Source: Candidatus Bathyarchaeota archaeon (lineage in GTDB: Archaea; Thermoproteota; Bathyarchaeia; Bathyarchaeales; Bathycorpusculaceae). From it: 64,000 bases of DNA. Below the pieces are notes generated by a model. The model was given only the letters and a program-made list of their open reading frames with translations, made no database searches and had not been told where the DNA came from. A program made the translations under genes and the position numbers. Shown here one piece after another: positions 10,253 to 21,159 of the stretch. The first letter of the stretch is position 1, and each line of letters starts with the position of its first letter. The DNA is taken from NCBI GenBank assembly GCA_963702095.1, contig OY969706.1:1696001-1760000 (forward strand), given 5' to 3'.

Positions 10253-12142
10253 ATGGGCAGAAGTAGAGAAATAGCTTCGCTTTTTTTCATCGGCGTCTTT
10301 GTGGTGATCATTGCTATCCCTACCGCCATAGCAAGTGTTCCAAGCGTTTCAGCGCTACCTAATTCCACATACACTGAGCAATTCACCGTTTTAGGACACA
10401 GATTGTATCTTTCAGTTGAGCCTTCACTTATTAGCTACTACGGTAACCTCAGTGACGCGTTGAGTTCTGACAGGGACTGGGCAAAATTGGTAACTCCTAA
10501 CGCAGTGCAACCGATCGCTGACAGCATATTAAAAATCACACATGACTTGTCAAACAGCGATGAACAATTCGCTGACGCTGTGTTATCGATGGTTCATCAA
10601 ATCCCCTATAACATAACAGGAGCAAAATACCCTGTTGAAACCTTAGTGGATAATAACGGCGACTGCGGTGCCCTCTCACTGCTTGCGGCATCTATCCTTA
10701 AAGCGGGAGGATTAGACGTTATCTTGATCAAGTATACAGGGATAGACCCCGGACACATGAACGTCGGTGTCTACTTGCAACATTCACCGGTTTACCATAG
10801 TTTCTTTATGAGCACCAACAGTTTTGAATGCGACAACAAAACCTACTGGACGGCAGAAGCTACAAATGCCCAAGACTGGAAAGTCGGAGACCAATCCGAT
10901 ATCCTGTCAGTGGCACAGCATATTTGTATTCCACTAAATAATTCAGCGCAATCATCGCCTGGACAGGTATGCGTAAGTATGGATAAACCGCCAAATGCTT
11001 CTTCGATAACAGTGAATGTATCCACGCAATCTATTAGCGCACGGCAAAACAGGTCACTTGTAATCTATGGCGAAATCCCGCTTTCAAACGCCACTAACAA
11101 CATAAGCTTATATGTTAACAGAAACGGATCTTGCGCAAACTACTTTTCAGCTTTCACGGATACAAATGGCAGCTACCGCTTCGTATGGAATTTCTCTTCG
11201 GATGGCACCTATTATATTACTGCAAGCTGGAGCGGCAACGGAACAGTTAGAGGGGCAGACAGCGAAACTCTTGTGGCTTTTGTTGGACCGCAATCGTTAT
11301 TGCAGTTTTCCTCCGACGCTTATAACTACATCATTGCTCGGGGAATGGGCAATCCAACTAAGCCTAACATTGGAATTAACAAGTTCCTCAGCATCCCACT
11401 TCAAACAAACATTTCCTTAAGCTACGATTTTATTGTCCTCAACACGGGCAGCGGAGCATCAGGGATTCCAACTCAAACCTTTACTCTACCAGCCGAACAA
11501 CAACAAGTCATACGAATCATGAACAGGCAAACTGTCCAAGTTATTCCCAAGCCTGCTCGAACCATAGTGGTGCCAACTGAAGTACCCACAGGTATGGAGG
11601 TGCTGCGGTTACCTGATGATTTTAACCGAACTATAAACAGTAACTTTGCACTTATTCTACAGAAATCCAATAGCAGCTACATTTTAGACATTAAAGGATT
11701 AAATGACTATGACCTTTCAGATTTAAAAGGAAGCCAAAGTAACGCTACAGTCCTAAACGCAACCCAGAATGTACTACAGGGTACCTGGTATAGAGTTGTA
11801 AATACAATCTTGGATGATGGTGTAACCACCGATCTTCAAGCAAAGAACGACACCTCGCTTCTAAATTATTCGTCTACAGAAAAGCTCGATGACGCCAAAC
11901 AGCTTGCACTGCTCATCGCAAACAGCGTGGATAGCGCCATTGTTATGAAAAACATTAAAATCGAACAAATTACCACACCTCAACCAACCCAATCCGCTAA
12001 CGCCGATTCTAAACTCCCAGCCTCATTCTTGCTCTACCTTTTCGGTTTAATGGCGTTAGTAATTGCGATCTTTGTAGCCCCAATAATTTATGTTGTAGCC
12101 AAAAAACAAAGGTATACTAAAGCGAAATCAGCAGTGGTTTAG
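10253..12142 (+). CDS. Membrane-anchored transglutaminase-like (Cys-His) surface protein
   Basis: QIPY...KYPVETL...GDC, GHMNVGV and AEAT motifs; Ig-like segment; N- and C-terminal TM helices. Confidence 0.7.
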   Translation: MGRSREIASLFFIGVFVVIIAIPTAIASVPSVSALPNSTYTEQFTVLGHRLYLSVEPSLISYYGNLSDALSSDRDWAKLVTPNAVQPIADSILKITHDLSNSDEQFADAVLSMVHQIPYNITGAKYPVETLVDNNGDCGALSLLAASILKAGGLDVILIKYTGIDPGHMNVGVYLQHSPVYHSFFMSTNSFECDNKTYWTAEATNAQDWKVGDQSDILSVAQHICIPLNNSAQSSPGQVCVSMDKPPNASSITVNVSTQSISARQNRSLVIYGEIPLSNATNNISLYVNRNGSCANYFSAFTDTNGSYRFVWNFSSDGTYYITASWSGNGTVRGADSETLVAFVGPQSLLQFSSDAYNYIIARGMGNPTKPNIGINKFLSIPLQTNISLSYDFIVLNTGSGASGIPTQTFTLPAEQQQVIRIMNRQTVQVIPKPARTIVVPTEVPTGMEVLRLPDDFNRTINSNFALILQKSNSSYILDIKGLNDYDLSDLKGSQSNATVLNATQNVLQGTWYRVVNTILDDGVTTDLQAKNDTSLLNYSSTEKLDDAKQLALLIANSVDSAIVMKNIKIEQITTPQPTQSANADSKLPASFLLYLFGLMALVIAIFVAPIIYVVAKKQRYTKAKSAVV

Positions 12143-12321
12143 CTGCCGTTTGAGTAATCCTCCTTCAAAATCTGAGTAACTACAGAGCTGCAAAATCACC
12201 TAGTTTGCGGGACGCTGCTTTAACAGGGGATAGATGATGTCGCCGTCCCAGCCTCAGGGCAAGTAATTTACACTCTGGTTGATTTATAATACCACAAAGA
12301 AAAGCATGGTATACCCGCATG

Positions 12322-12705
12322 CTATCTTGTTAACCAGCTATTTTTTTTGAAGCTTCGAATTGCAGGAAACAGTACCCATGGCAATACAAAAGCGGACATT
12401 AAATTCATCACTGGTTTATACTTCCATTGCTTGGCTGTTGGATCCCTAAATTTGTAGTCTAAACCCATAACTATTCCAATCATCAACTGTCCAGCCAAGT
12501 ATGTAACAGGGTACAAGTATGAGTGAAGAAAAATTGGACCATAAATGAATATGGAAATGATTATAGCTGGAGAGATAAAGGCTGACATGAACTCCAAATA
12601 GAACATCACAGCCATTATCGGGCCGAAAAAAAGGGGGCTTATCATAGCGAAACCCCCAGTGAGCACCAAAACTGTTACGATTGTTGCGACAACCCGCAGC
12701 CTCAA
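12322..12705 (-). pseudogene. Membrane protein fragment, probably the C-terminal TM part of a GT2 glycosyltransferase
   Basis: Three TM segments ending SWLTR, as in membrane GT2 C-termini; no catalytic N-terminus; lies directly after a sugar-dehydrogenase remnant. Confidence 0.45.
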
Positions 12706-12789
12706 ATCCTGGACTGCTCCTTTTTGGTTTGTGAAGATTGTATCGTAATTTCGCTGGGCAAAACAACCGTCATTTCAAGTTTGCTTTGG

Positions 12790-13015
12790 TCTTTATATAT
12801 CTCGTTGGAATGGAGTGCAGCGGATATGATGGATGAGGCAATAGGTGTTTGGATAGTTCATAATACATTCTTGTATCTTTAGGTAGGCAGTGTCCGCCTA
12901 TGCCTTGTCTAGCTTCTAGAATGTTTTCGTTCCATTTTGTATTAACTGAGGCTCGGAGTTTCCTGAAAGTTAAGGCCTTGGTCGTCGCAGAACATTTTTA
13001 GTTCTTCTGCTCTGA
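12790..13015 (-). pseudogene. Remnant of UDP-glucose/GDP-mannose (nucleotide-sugar) dehydrogenase
   Basis: Manual minus-strand translation gives AEELKMFCDDQGLNF / ELRASVNTKWNENILEARQGIGGHCLPKDTRMY; catalytic GGHCLPKD at 12875-12898; frameshifted, no Rossmann N-terminus. Confidence 0.75.
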
Positions 13016-13422
13016 AATACTGTAAAATGGGGAGCAGGAGTATCTTCAGAAGGGCAAGCCCTCAATTGATTCTTTTGTCTCTGTTTCTTAAGAACGCGTA
13101 CGCCCGGGAGCGCCTTGTAATCTCTCAAAGTCCATTAGCATTTTTGACCGCACTTCTTTTGCTCAACAGACCGCTCTAGCATATTTTCGCATGTTTAACG
13201 CCTAGAAACTTTAACGCTTACGCGTCAACATAGTTTCCCAGACGTTGCCGTCCGTGTAACTCTGAGTTTTCATCCCGTTAAGTCAACTTAATGCCTTCTC
13301 ATCATCCGGCAAACACATTAATGAAGCCGAAAATAAAAGCCTTTAACCATCAAGTGTAGAATACTTATGGGATTACACTTTTATTGGTGTTCAAGTAAGC
13401 ATTTGGTAAGGAGTAGTATACC

Positions 13423-13995
13423 GTGGATTTTATTGGAAGCCAAACCGAAAAGAACCTCTTAACAGCTTTCGCAGGGGAATCCCAAGCGCGAAACCGATAC
13501 ACGTTTTTTGCAAGCGTAGCCAAAAAAGAAGGCTATGAACAGATAGCAGCCATCTTTGAAGAGACAGCGGCAAACGAAAAAGAACACGCTGAACTATTCT
13601 TCAAACACCTAAAAGGCGGCATGGTTGAAATCACCGCTTCGTACCCGGCAGGCGTCATTGCATCAACCGCAGATAACCTCAAAGCAGCGGCGGAAGGCGA
13701 AAAACTCGAGTGGGGAACGCTCTACCCAGGCTTTGCAGAAATCGCCCAAAAAGAGGGGTTCATGGATGTTGCAACAACGTTCCGTATGGTTGCCCAAGTG
13801 GAAACTTACCATGAACGCCGATACAACAAGCTACTGGAAAATGTTCAAACAGGCAAAGTCTTCAAGAAAGACACCAAAATCAAATGGAAATGCAGAAACT
13901 GCGGCTTGGTCATCGAAGGCCCCGAAGCCCCAGACAAATGCCCAACCTGTGCCCATCCGAAAGCTTACTTTGAAATATTCGCAGAAAACTACTAA
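13423..13995 (+). CDS. rbr: Rubrerythrin
   Basis: AFAGESQARNRY, NEKEHA, GEKLE and E..HE diiron ligands; C-terminal CRNC...CPTC. Confidence 0.96.
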   Translation: MDFIGSQTEKNLLTAFAGESQARNRYTFFASVAKKEGYEQIAAIFEETAANEKEHAELFFKHLKGGMVEITASYPAGVIASTADNLKAAAEGEKLEWGTLYPGFAEIAQKEGFMDVATTFRMVAQVETYHERRYNKLLENVQTGKVFKKDTKIKWKCRNCGLVIEGPEAPDKCPTCAHPKAYFEIFAENY

Positions 13996-14056
13996 CCACT
14001 TTTTTCTTTTATGATCCGTTAACTGGCTCTTTGAATAAGGAATTTAACGCTTTCTT

Positions 14057-14285
14057 GTTCTTTATGTGGGTGTGGCGGTTTATGGAGCACCACAAGACTG
14101 CAACTGGACGCGGTTGCTTTTTGGGGCTGCAATGGTTTTTGGCGTCTGTTACGGTGTAGGAATGGCATTTTCTTCCACACGCGGTACATGGCTCCATGCA
14201 GGCGCCGACGCGATGTGTGTGTGAAAGCATGTATCATTTGCTTTCTTAGCGAGACAGCGAACAGCAACGACAGCACAATACAGCG
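14057..14285 (+). repeat. Dispersed intergenic repeat, copy A
   Basis: CTTTATGTGGGTGTGGCGG...CCACAAGACTGCAA...CATGGCTCCATG...GCATGTATC, shared with copies at 28145, 42595 (reverse) and 48498. Confidence 0.85.
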
Positions 14286-14294
14286 GGCACTAGC

Positions 14295-14486
14295 ATGGCT
14301 TCCTTAAATCCCTTATTAGACAAGCTTGCTGGCACTAATTCCAAGATAATAATCACATTCCAAGATATCACATTGGACACAGAAACAGTAAAAGCAAAAA
14401 TAAGCGGTTCAATAGCCTTAAATGCTGAATACATAAAGCCACTACAAACCAAACGCTGGCAGAATAGAAAAACGAGTCCTAGTTAA
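14295..14486 (+). CDS. Small hypothetical protein, paralog of 14631-14879
   Basis: LLDKLAGTNSKIIITFQDITLD...KAKISGSIAL matches the downstream gene. Confidence 0.6.
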   Translation: MASLNPLLDKLAGTNSKIIITFQDITLDTETVKAKISGSIALNAEYIKPLQTKRWQNRKTSPS

Positions 14487-14630
14487 GCCTAAAGTATGTG
14501 TGAGCTTAGGCTTTTTCCTACAAGTCCTCTTCCGCCTGATGAAAAACGCTTTCTTAAACAAGTGTTGCTACAATCTTGCAATCACATGGATATTTATTGT
14601 TTTTTTAACCATAGAAAAATGGTGTTTTAA

Positions 14631-14879
14631 ATGCAAAATAATAAAGCAAACATGTCAGAGGCAATGGATAAAGGCTCACAAGCCCTGCAACAAACCGCTG
14701 AAACTGTTGGCGACACTATAGTAGAAGTTTTGGATAAACTTGCTGGAACAAAATCAGACCTGAAACTAACATTCGAAGACTTAACACTCGACGCCCAATA
14801 CTTCAAGGCAAGAGTAAACGGCGCAATAGTGCTTGATGTCACACTGGCAAAAGAAGCTAAAACCTCTGCAAATTACTAG
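14631..14879 (+). CDS. Small hypothetical protein, paralog of 14295-14486
   Basis: VLDKLAGTKSDLKLTFEDLTLD...KARVNGAIVL. Confidence 0.7.
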   Translation: MQNNKANMSEAMDKGSQALQQTAETVGDTIVEVLDKLAGTKSDLKLTFEDLTLDAQYFKARVNGAIVLDVTLAKEAKTSANY

Positions 14880-15185
14880 CTCTTGGGCAAGCAAAACTAC
14901 TTCCCAGTTTTTTTAATTAATTATTATGATTATGACTGTTTTTTAGTGAAAAAGAAAATCGATGAAAACAAAATCGATGGACAGAAGCAGTGCAAAGAAA
15001 TCGCAAAATATCCTCGAGTTAGCGCCATAACAGTATTTGCAAACTTTTAGGTATAAATTAATTTACGCCTTCCTACAGGGATGGATATTAAGGTTCAAGA
15101 GGCGTTAGCAGATTTAGAAATCCCTGATATATTAGGGGGAAAATCTATCTACGATAAAACCCAACTGTATTCATTGTGAACAGTC

Positions 15186-16802
15186 ATGAGTCAAAACCAA
15201 ATGTTCTGCTACCAATGCGAACAAACAGCCAAAGGAGTGGGCTGCACCATTGCAGGAGTCTGCGGCAAAACAGCAGAAGTCGCAAACCTCCAAGACCTAC
15301 TTGTTTACAAACTCAGAGAACTCAGCCAACTCGCAATCCTCGCGAATAACAATGGCTTGCGGGATGAAAAAACTGATGCCTTCACAGCAGAGGCACTATT
15401 CGCCACGTTGACCAACGTAAACTTTGACCCCCAAGCCATCGTAGCTTACCTACGGAAAATCGAGCAACTCCAACTGGAAGTGCAAAAGAAACTCTACAAC
15501 AAAAACCCCTACCTACAACTTGAAAGCACCACTGAGGGCTTAGTTGCACAGGCCAAAGAACACGGCATAAACTCTGAGCCCAACCTCAACGCCGACTTGC
15601 ACTCATTGCAGTGGCTCTTAACTTTTGGCTTAAAAGGCGTCACCGCCTACACCTACCACGCATACCTGCTGGGCAAAAAAGACCCCAAAGTCTTCGACTT
15701 CATCTATGAAGCATTAGCCGCGCCACTAAACAAAGCCTTGGGCGTCAACGAGTTCGTCGCTTTGGTATTCAAATGCGGAGAAATCAACATCCGAGCCATG
15801 GAACTCCTCGACGCCGGCAACACTGAGCACTACGGCAACCCAACCCCCACCAAAGTGCCTCTGGGACACAAAAAGGGCAAAGCCATCCTTGTCTCAGGCC
15901 ACGACCTAATCGACCTCGAAGAAATCCTCAAGCAAACACAGGGCACAGCCATCACAGTCTACACCCACGGCGAAATGCTCCCCACCCACGGCTACCCCGA
16001 GCTAAAAAAGTACCCCAACTTCTACGGCCACTACGGCACCGCATGGCAAAACCAACAGAGGGAATTCGCAGCTTTCCCCGGCGCCATCTTGATGACCACC
16101 AACTGCATTCAGCGCCCCATGGACAGCTACAGCAAAAACACCTTCACCACAGGACCCGTCGGCTACCCCGGCGTCACCCACTTGAGTGGACCAGACTTTA
16201 GCGCCGTCGTCAACAAAGCCCAAAAACTCCCAGGTTTCCAAGACGACGCCGAAGGCAAAACCGTGCTGGTCGGCTTCGGACACAACGCAGTGCTAAGCGT
16301 CGCAGACAAAGTCATCCAATCCGTCAAAGACGGTCATATCAAACGCTTCATACTAGTCGGCGGATGCGACGGCGCCAAACCAGGACGCAGCTACTACACC
16401 GAATTCGTAGAGAAAGCACCCAAAAACACCATCATCTTGACGTTGGCATGCGGCAAATTCCGCTTCTTCGACAAGGAACTGGGCACCATCGACGAAATCC
16501 CGCGGCTCCTCGACATTGGACAATGCAACGACGCCTACAGCGCAGTCAAAATCGCCAATGCATTAGCCGACGCATTCCATGGGGGAGTCAACGATTTGCC
16601 ACTATCGATAGTGCTGTCTTGGTATGAACAGAAAGCCGTAGCCATACTGCTCTCACTGCTCTACTTGGGCATAAAAGACATCCGCATCGGACCCAGCCTC
16701 CCCGCATTCATAACGCCAGGCATCCTCAAGGTTTTGGTTGAGAAATTCAACATCATGCCTATCAAGACGGCGGATGAAGACCTCAAAGCCATCATGAAGT
16801 AA
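15186..16802 (+). CDS. hcp: Hybrid cluster protein (hydroxylamine/NO reductase)
   Basis: MFCYQCEQTA..GC...GVCGK, SGHDL, YTHGEM, TTNC, GGCDG, GQCND and SWYEQKAV motifs. Confidence 0.97.
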   Translation: MSQNQMFCYQCEQTAKGVGCTIAGVCGKTAEVANLQDLLVYKLRELSQLAILANNNGLRDEKTDAFTAEALFATLTNVNFDPQAIVAYLRKIEQLQLEVQKKLYNKNPYLQLESTTEGLVAQAKEHGINSEPNLNADLHSLQWLLTFGLKGVTAYTYHAYLLGKKDPKVFDFIYEALAAPLNKALGVNEFVALVFKCGEINIRAMELLDAGNTEHYGNPTPTKVPLGHKKGKAILVSGHDLIDLEEILKQTQGTAITVYTHGEMLPTHGYPELKKYPNFYGHYGTAWQNQQREFAAFPGAILMTTNCIQRPMDSYSKNTFTTGPVGYPGVTHLSGPDFSAVVNKAQKLPGFQDDAEGKTVLVGFGHNAVLSVADKVIQSVKDGHIKRFILVGGCDGAKPGRSYYTEFVEKAPKNTIILTLACGKFRFFDKELGTIDEIPRLLDIGQCNDAYSAVKIANALADAFHGGVNDLPLSIVLSWYEQKAVAILLSLLYLGIKDIRIGPSLPAFITPGILKVLVEKFNIMPIKTADEDLKAIMK

Positions 16803-16835
16803 AAAGGGCTTCACCCCCTTGCCCATTTTTCTTTT

Positions 16836-17120
16836 TCAATATTCTACAAAACTAGGTATAGATTCACGGCGTTCTCTGAGGTATTTATCAATAATCTTTT
16901 GTGCTTTAGAAGGCACCTTACAGCTGTTTTTGGATAAAACCGAGTAGGTAAATGCTTGGGTGTCGGAGTTGGAGTTGTAGGAAGTCACTGAAAAAACCAC
17001 GTCGAGTTTTTTAGCTTGCAACGCCAAGTTGATTTCCTTTTCCATAGTCTTTAAATCTTGGGGTAAGTCCAAAAAGTCACCAATACAAGGTTGACGGGCG
17101 AGAATATAAGTCCGTAGCAT
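16836..17120 (-). CDS. Hypothetical protein
   Basis: 94-aa ORF filling the intergenic gap, convergent on hcp with a shared T/A-tract. Confidence 0.5.
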   Translation of the reverse strand: MLRTYILARQPCIGDFLDLPQDLKTMEKEINLALQAKKLDVVFSVTSYNSNSDTQAFTYSVLSKNSCKVPSKAQKIIDKYLRERRESIPSFVEY

Positions 17121-17201
17121 TGTATCTCTATAGCCTTAGGAATGTTTTATTAAATTAGACGGCGTATCAGAACAGCAAAATTAAAGGGGGAAAAGGATAA
17201 A

Positions 17202-18116
17202 ATGCCGAAGGCGCCGATGAACACTAAAGTTAAAGCTGTCTTTTTAACCATACTTGCCGGCGCCCTCTGGGGCACTTCGTTCCCAATTATCAAGATCGGT
17301 TTAGGAACCATCGACCCCTACACATTCGTTTTCTGGCGCTTCCTAGTTTCCGCAGTTACGCTCCTTGCGGTTATGCTTGCTCTGGGAAAATTCAAATTCG
17401 GCGTACCTAACAAAAAACTGATTCTTTTTTTGGGCATCATGAACGCCGCGGGTTACCTGCTCCAATACGTTGCTATGCCATATACAACAGCCGCTAAAGC
17501 AGCGTTATTCATTAACCTCAGCGCCATGTGGGTTGCCATAATGAGCCCCAGACTTCTAGGAGAAAGCTTCACACCGAAAAAGATCGCGGGCATCGTCGTC
17601 GGCTTATTGGGCGTTGTTTTAGTCAGCACAAACCTCGATTTCGGCGCGCTTGTCGAGGGCCAGTTGATAGGCGATTTGGTGCTGATTGTTTCGGGCGTAA
17701 CTTGGGCAGTGTTTATGGTTTACAACAAAAAAATGGTAATGAACTCCACCACTGAAACCTTTCAATCTATGACGTGGGTGCTGCTGTTTACTTTTCTCTC
17801 GATTGTGCCTTTCACGATTCTGGCTGGCCCGGGCTTCTTTACGCTTTCCAGTTGGGCATGGTTGGGCATCATATGGACAGCCATTGTATGCTGGGTGATA
17901 CCCTATTACCTGTGGTTGGAGGGGCTGAAGTACCTTTCAGCTTCGGTCTCCACCGTGTTGCTGCTCTCGGAAATCGTTATAGCCGTGATACTTTCGATTG
18001 TCGTTTTAAAGGAGCCTATCACCGTCTTCTCTACAGTAGGCGCCCTCCTCATCGTTATCGCTATAGCGTTTGTTTCTGTGCAGGACAAAAAAACCAGCGC
18101 AGCAAAAACCGCCTAA
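17202..18116 (+). CDS. DMT/EamA family transporter
   Basis: About 10 TM helices in two EamA repeats; LWGTSF, LLGESF and VLKEP motifs. Confidence 0.92.
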   Translation: MPKAPMNTKVKAVFLTILAGALWGTSFPIIKIGLGTIDPYTFVFWRFLVSAVTLLAVMLALGKFKFGVPNKKLILFLGIMNAAGYLLQYVAMPYTTAAKAALFINLSAMWVAIMSPRLLGESFTPKKIAGIVVGLLGVVLVSTNLDFGALVEGQLIGDLVLIVSGVTWAVFMVYNKKMVMNSTTETFQSMTWVLLFTFLSIVPFTILAGPGFFTLSSWAWLGIIWTAIVCWVIPYYLWLEGLKYLSASVSTVLLLSEIVIAVILSIVVLKEPITVFSTVGALLIVIAIAFVSVQDKKTSAAKTA

Positions 18117-18185
18117 GTGTTCACTTGCATAGTCCTTAAGCTTATATACGTAAAGCAGCGATTATGGGGAACAGGGAGAAGTAAA

Positions 18186-19034
18186 ATGGCAAAAGTATTA
18201 ACTGTAGCTTTAGTTGTGATAATGCTCGTTGTTGGCTTTGGCATCGGCTTAATTTCCAGTCCATTTCTAATGGCGCAAAATTCCGGCACTACAGATACTG
18301 TTTGGGAACACATCAAGAATACAGGTGTCATCAGAGTTGGTACAGACCCAACTTGGCCACCATACCAACTGACAGATTCAAAAGACACCAGCAAAATAAT
18401 CGGCTTCGAAGTTGACTTAGCAAATGCGGCTGCCGCAAAACTTGGCGTAAGAATCGAATGGGTATCCTCAAACTTCGGTGACATCATTACCTCAGTGCAG
18501 AACGGACAACTCGATATGGGTGTCAGCGGCTTCTCAATTACAACGGAAAGACTTGCTCAAGTTGACTTCACAATACCTCACAGCGTTTCACAATCACAGA
18601 TAATCATGCTGAAAAGCACCATGGACAAGTATCACTTAACAAACACAAGCATAACTTCTCTTTCACAGCTCAATGACTTAGGCATAATTGTTGGAACACA
18701 AAGCGGCGAAGTTGAAGAGCAAGAACTAAATGATGCACACGTACAGAACCACGCATGGACAGATTCGACATCAGCCCCCATGGACATGATTAGCACGAAC
18801 CCAAGTGTAGAAGCAGTATATGCAGAAACTCCAGTTACCAACGCATGGATCGACCAGTACGCACTAGAAGGCAAAGATATACGCGTCGTCTACAGTCACC
18901 CATACTATCCAGTAGCGTTCGTTGTTGCTAAAAATTCACATACATTTCTGGACCAGATAAACGGTGCTATAACCGAATTGATCGCCGATGGAACAGTTGA
19001 TCAACTGAAAGCACAGTGGCATGCAGAAACGTGA
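18186..19034 (+). CDS. Polar amino-acid ABC transporter substrate-binding protein
   Basis: N-terminal TM, IRVGTDPTWPPY, GFEVDL and SITTER motifs (SBP family 3). Confidence 0.9.
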   Translation: MAKVLTVALVVIMLVVGFGIGLISSPFLMAQNSGTTDTVWEHIKNTGVIRVGTDPTWPPYQLTDSKDTSKIIGFEVDLANAAAAKLGVRIEWVSSNFGDIITSVQNGQLDMGVSGFSITTERLAQVDFTIPHSVSQSQIIMLKSTMDKYHLTNTSITSLSQLNDLGIIVGTQSGEVEEQELNDAHVQNHAWTDSTSAPMDMISTNPSVEAVYAETPVTNAWIDQYALEGKDIRVVYSHPYYPVAFVVAKNSHTFLDQINGAITELIADGTVDQLKAQWHAET

Positions 19035-19040
19035 TAAGTA

Positions 19041-19687
19041 GTGGTTGCTGAGCAACAATTAATCTACCTATTGGAAGGAGTCCCACTAACTCTTTCCATT
19101 TCTCTCATTTCTTTTCTAATCGGGATAGCGGTTGGTATACCGTTAGCGTTTATCAGGGTTTACGAAAGAGAAATTAGTTTTGTCGTCGATGCTTACGAAA
19201 AAGTTTTCCGAGGTCTTCCAGAAATCGTTCTTATGCTCCTATTATATTTAGGCCTGCCACCTTCTTCCCAGTATTTAGCAACCCATTCTTGGTGGCGTGC
19301 TTTGTGTTGGGTTTAAGAAGCGGCGCCAATCAATCGCAAATATTTAGAGGTGCAATCAGAGGGGTTGGCGACGAACAGTTGATTGCCGGAGTATCTATTG
19401 GCCTCTCTAAATGGAGGGCTATTTGGGAGATCATGGTTCCACAAGTTTTTACCTTCTCAACTCCAGGTTTAGCAAGCGAGTATGCACTGCTGGTAAAGGA
19501 CTCCTCATACGTCTTTGTCCTCGCATTGCTGGATTTGACAAGGCGGGCAGATGTACTGAGAATAAACACGAATAACTACATAACATGGTATGTACTCGCA
19601 GCGTTACTCTATGTTGCCTTAACTTTCCCAGTTGCGTTCTATTTGGACAGATGGGGAAATAAACGGAAGAAAAAAATAGGGTTGTAA
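19041..19687 (+). CDS. Amino-acid ABC permease; frameshift near 19260-19290
   Basis: HisM-type FRGLPEIV in ORF 19041-19316 and SQIFRGAI...LVKDSS in ORF 19289-19687. Confidence 0.85.
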
Positions 19688-19692
19688 AGCAA

Positions 19693-20472
19693 ATGACAGA
19701 ATTTGTGATGGAAGCAAAACATGTCTTCAAGAATTACACAATCAAGGGTCAGAAAAAGGAAGACACAAAAATAGTTCAGGCAGTCAAAGATGTCTCTCTA
19801 CAAATTCGCAAGGGAGACATTAAACTCATCTTTGGTCCAAGCGGTTCTGGAAAAAGCACGTTTCTTCGTTGCATGGATATGCTTGACATCCCCGACCAAG
19901 GCGAGATATACCTTGGCGACATGTGTTTAACAGCAAAAAACGTTGACTTAAACAAGGCTCGTGCAAGAATAGGCTTTGTTTTTCAGCATATCTACCTATT
20001 TAGGCATCTCACGGTTTTAGGCAACGTTGAGTTGGCTTTGCGGCAAGTTCTTAAACTGTCCAAAGATGAAGCCCGTAAACGTGCAATGGCTGCCTTGACA
20101 GAGGTCAAAGTCACTGACTGCGTTAACAAGTACCCAGCGCAGCTTTCAGGCGGGCAGGCGCAGAGAGTAGGCATAGCCAGAGCCATAGCGCGTCAACCAG
20201 ACATTATACTGCTCGATGAACCAACATCAGCCCTGGACCCTGAACTTACCGGTGAAGTCATCGATACATTGCGCGACTTAGCTCACGAAGGCACAACTAT
20301 GCTTATAGTAAGCCACGAAATGCCGTTTGCAAAAGAAGTTGCGGAAGAAATGATATTCTATGATGAGGGGCACATCATCGAAACTGGGCCGCCTTCTCTT
20401 TTCTTTAACGCTCCAAACACTGACCGTGCAAAACAATTCATGGATAGAATAATTAATCGAACAACAAGGTAA
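19693..20472 (+). CDS. Amino-acid ABC transporter ATPase (GlnQ-like)
   Basis: GPSGSGKS, LSGGQAQR, LLDEPTSALDPE and SHEM motifs. Confidence 0.95.
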   Translation: MTEFVMEAKHVFKNYTIKGQKKEDTKIVQAVKDVSLQIRKGDIKLIFGPSGSGKSTFLRCMDMLDIPDQGEIYLGDMCLTAKNVDLNKARARIGFVFQHIYLFRHLTVLGNVELALRQVLKLSKDEARKRAMAALTEVKVTDCVNKYPAQLSGGQAQRVGIARAIARQPDIILLDEPTSALDPELTGEVIDTLRDLAHEGTTMLIVSHEMPFAKEVAEEMIFYDEGHIIETGPPSLFFNAPNTDRAKQFMDRIINRTTR

Positions 20473-20479
20473 TAACCGC

Positions 20480-21159
20480 ATGTTTGAATGGCTAGCAAAC
20501 CCCTACTACGTGTCCCAGATCCTTCAAGGTCTGGCTTTAACCATAGAGATAACCCTTTTTGGCGTTGCTCTGGGGTTAATATTGGGAACACTCGCTAGCC
20601 ATCGGAGACCTCTACGGCGGAAAAGCGCCCAAAGGCGCAATTGCGGTTTACGTCGAATTCTTCAGGGGAAGCCCGCTCTTCATACAAATATTCATAGCCG
20701 TTTACACCGTACCTGCCCTGCTTGGCCTGCAGATTGATCATCTGTTCATGGCCATTCCTGGTTTTTGGATTAAACAGCGCTGCATATCAGAAAGGGTACA
20801 TGAAAGGAGCTATGCAAACCATACTTGACGACCAAATGGCTGCGGGTTTATCCGTGGGCATGTCTAAATGGCAGACTCTTCGCTTTGTAATTTTACCACA
20901 AGCTTACCGCATAGTTATCCCATCTTGGACAAACGAGTTCTGTTCATTAACAAAAAGCTCCGCGGTCCTAGGCGTTATTGGGTTCTATGATTTAATGTCT
21001 GTGGGCACAAGCATTTCACATAGGACTATGGAGATTCTTGCCACTTGGATAGTGATAGGCCTCATTTATTTGGCATGGATTACTGCTTTCGCAAAAGTAA
21101 TGGACGTCATTTACGAGAAAAAGAAGATTCCGGGAATACAGTTGGAAATGCAGTCTTAG
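20480..21159 (+). CDS. Second amino-acid ABC permease; frameshifts near 20600 and 20735
   Basis: GLALTIEIT N-terminus; YVEFFRGSP in an alternative frame; NSAAYQ...VILPQA...NEFCSLTKSS C-terminus. Confidence 0.82.
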
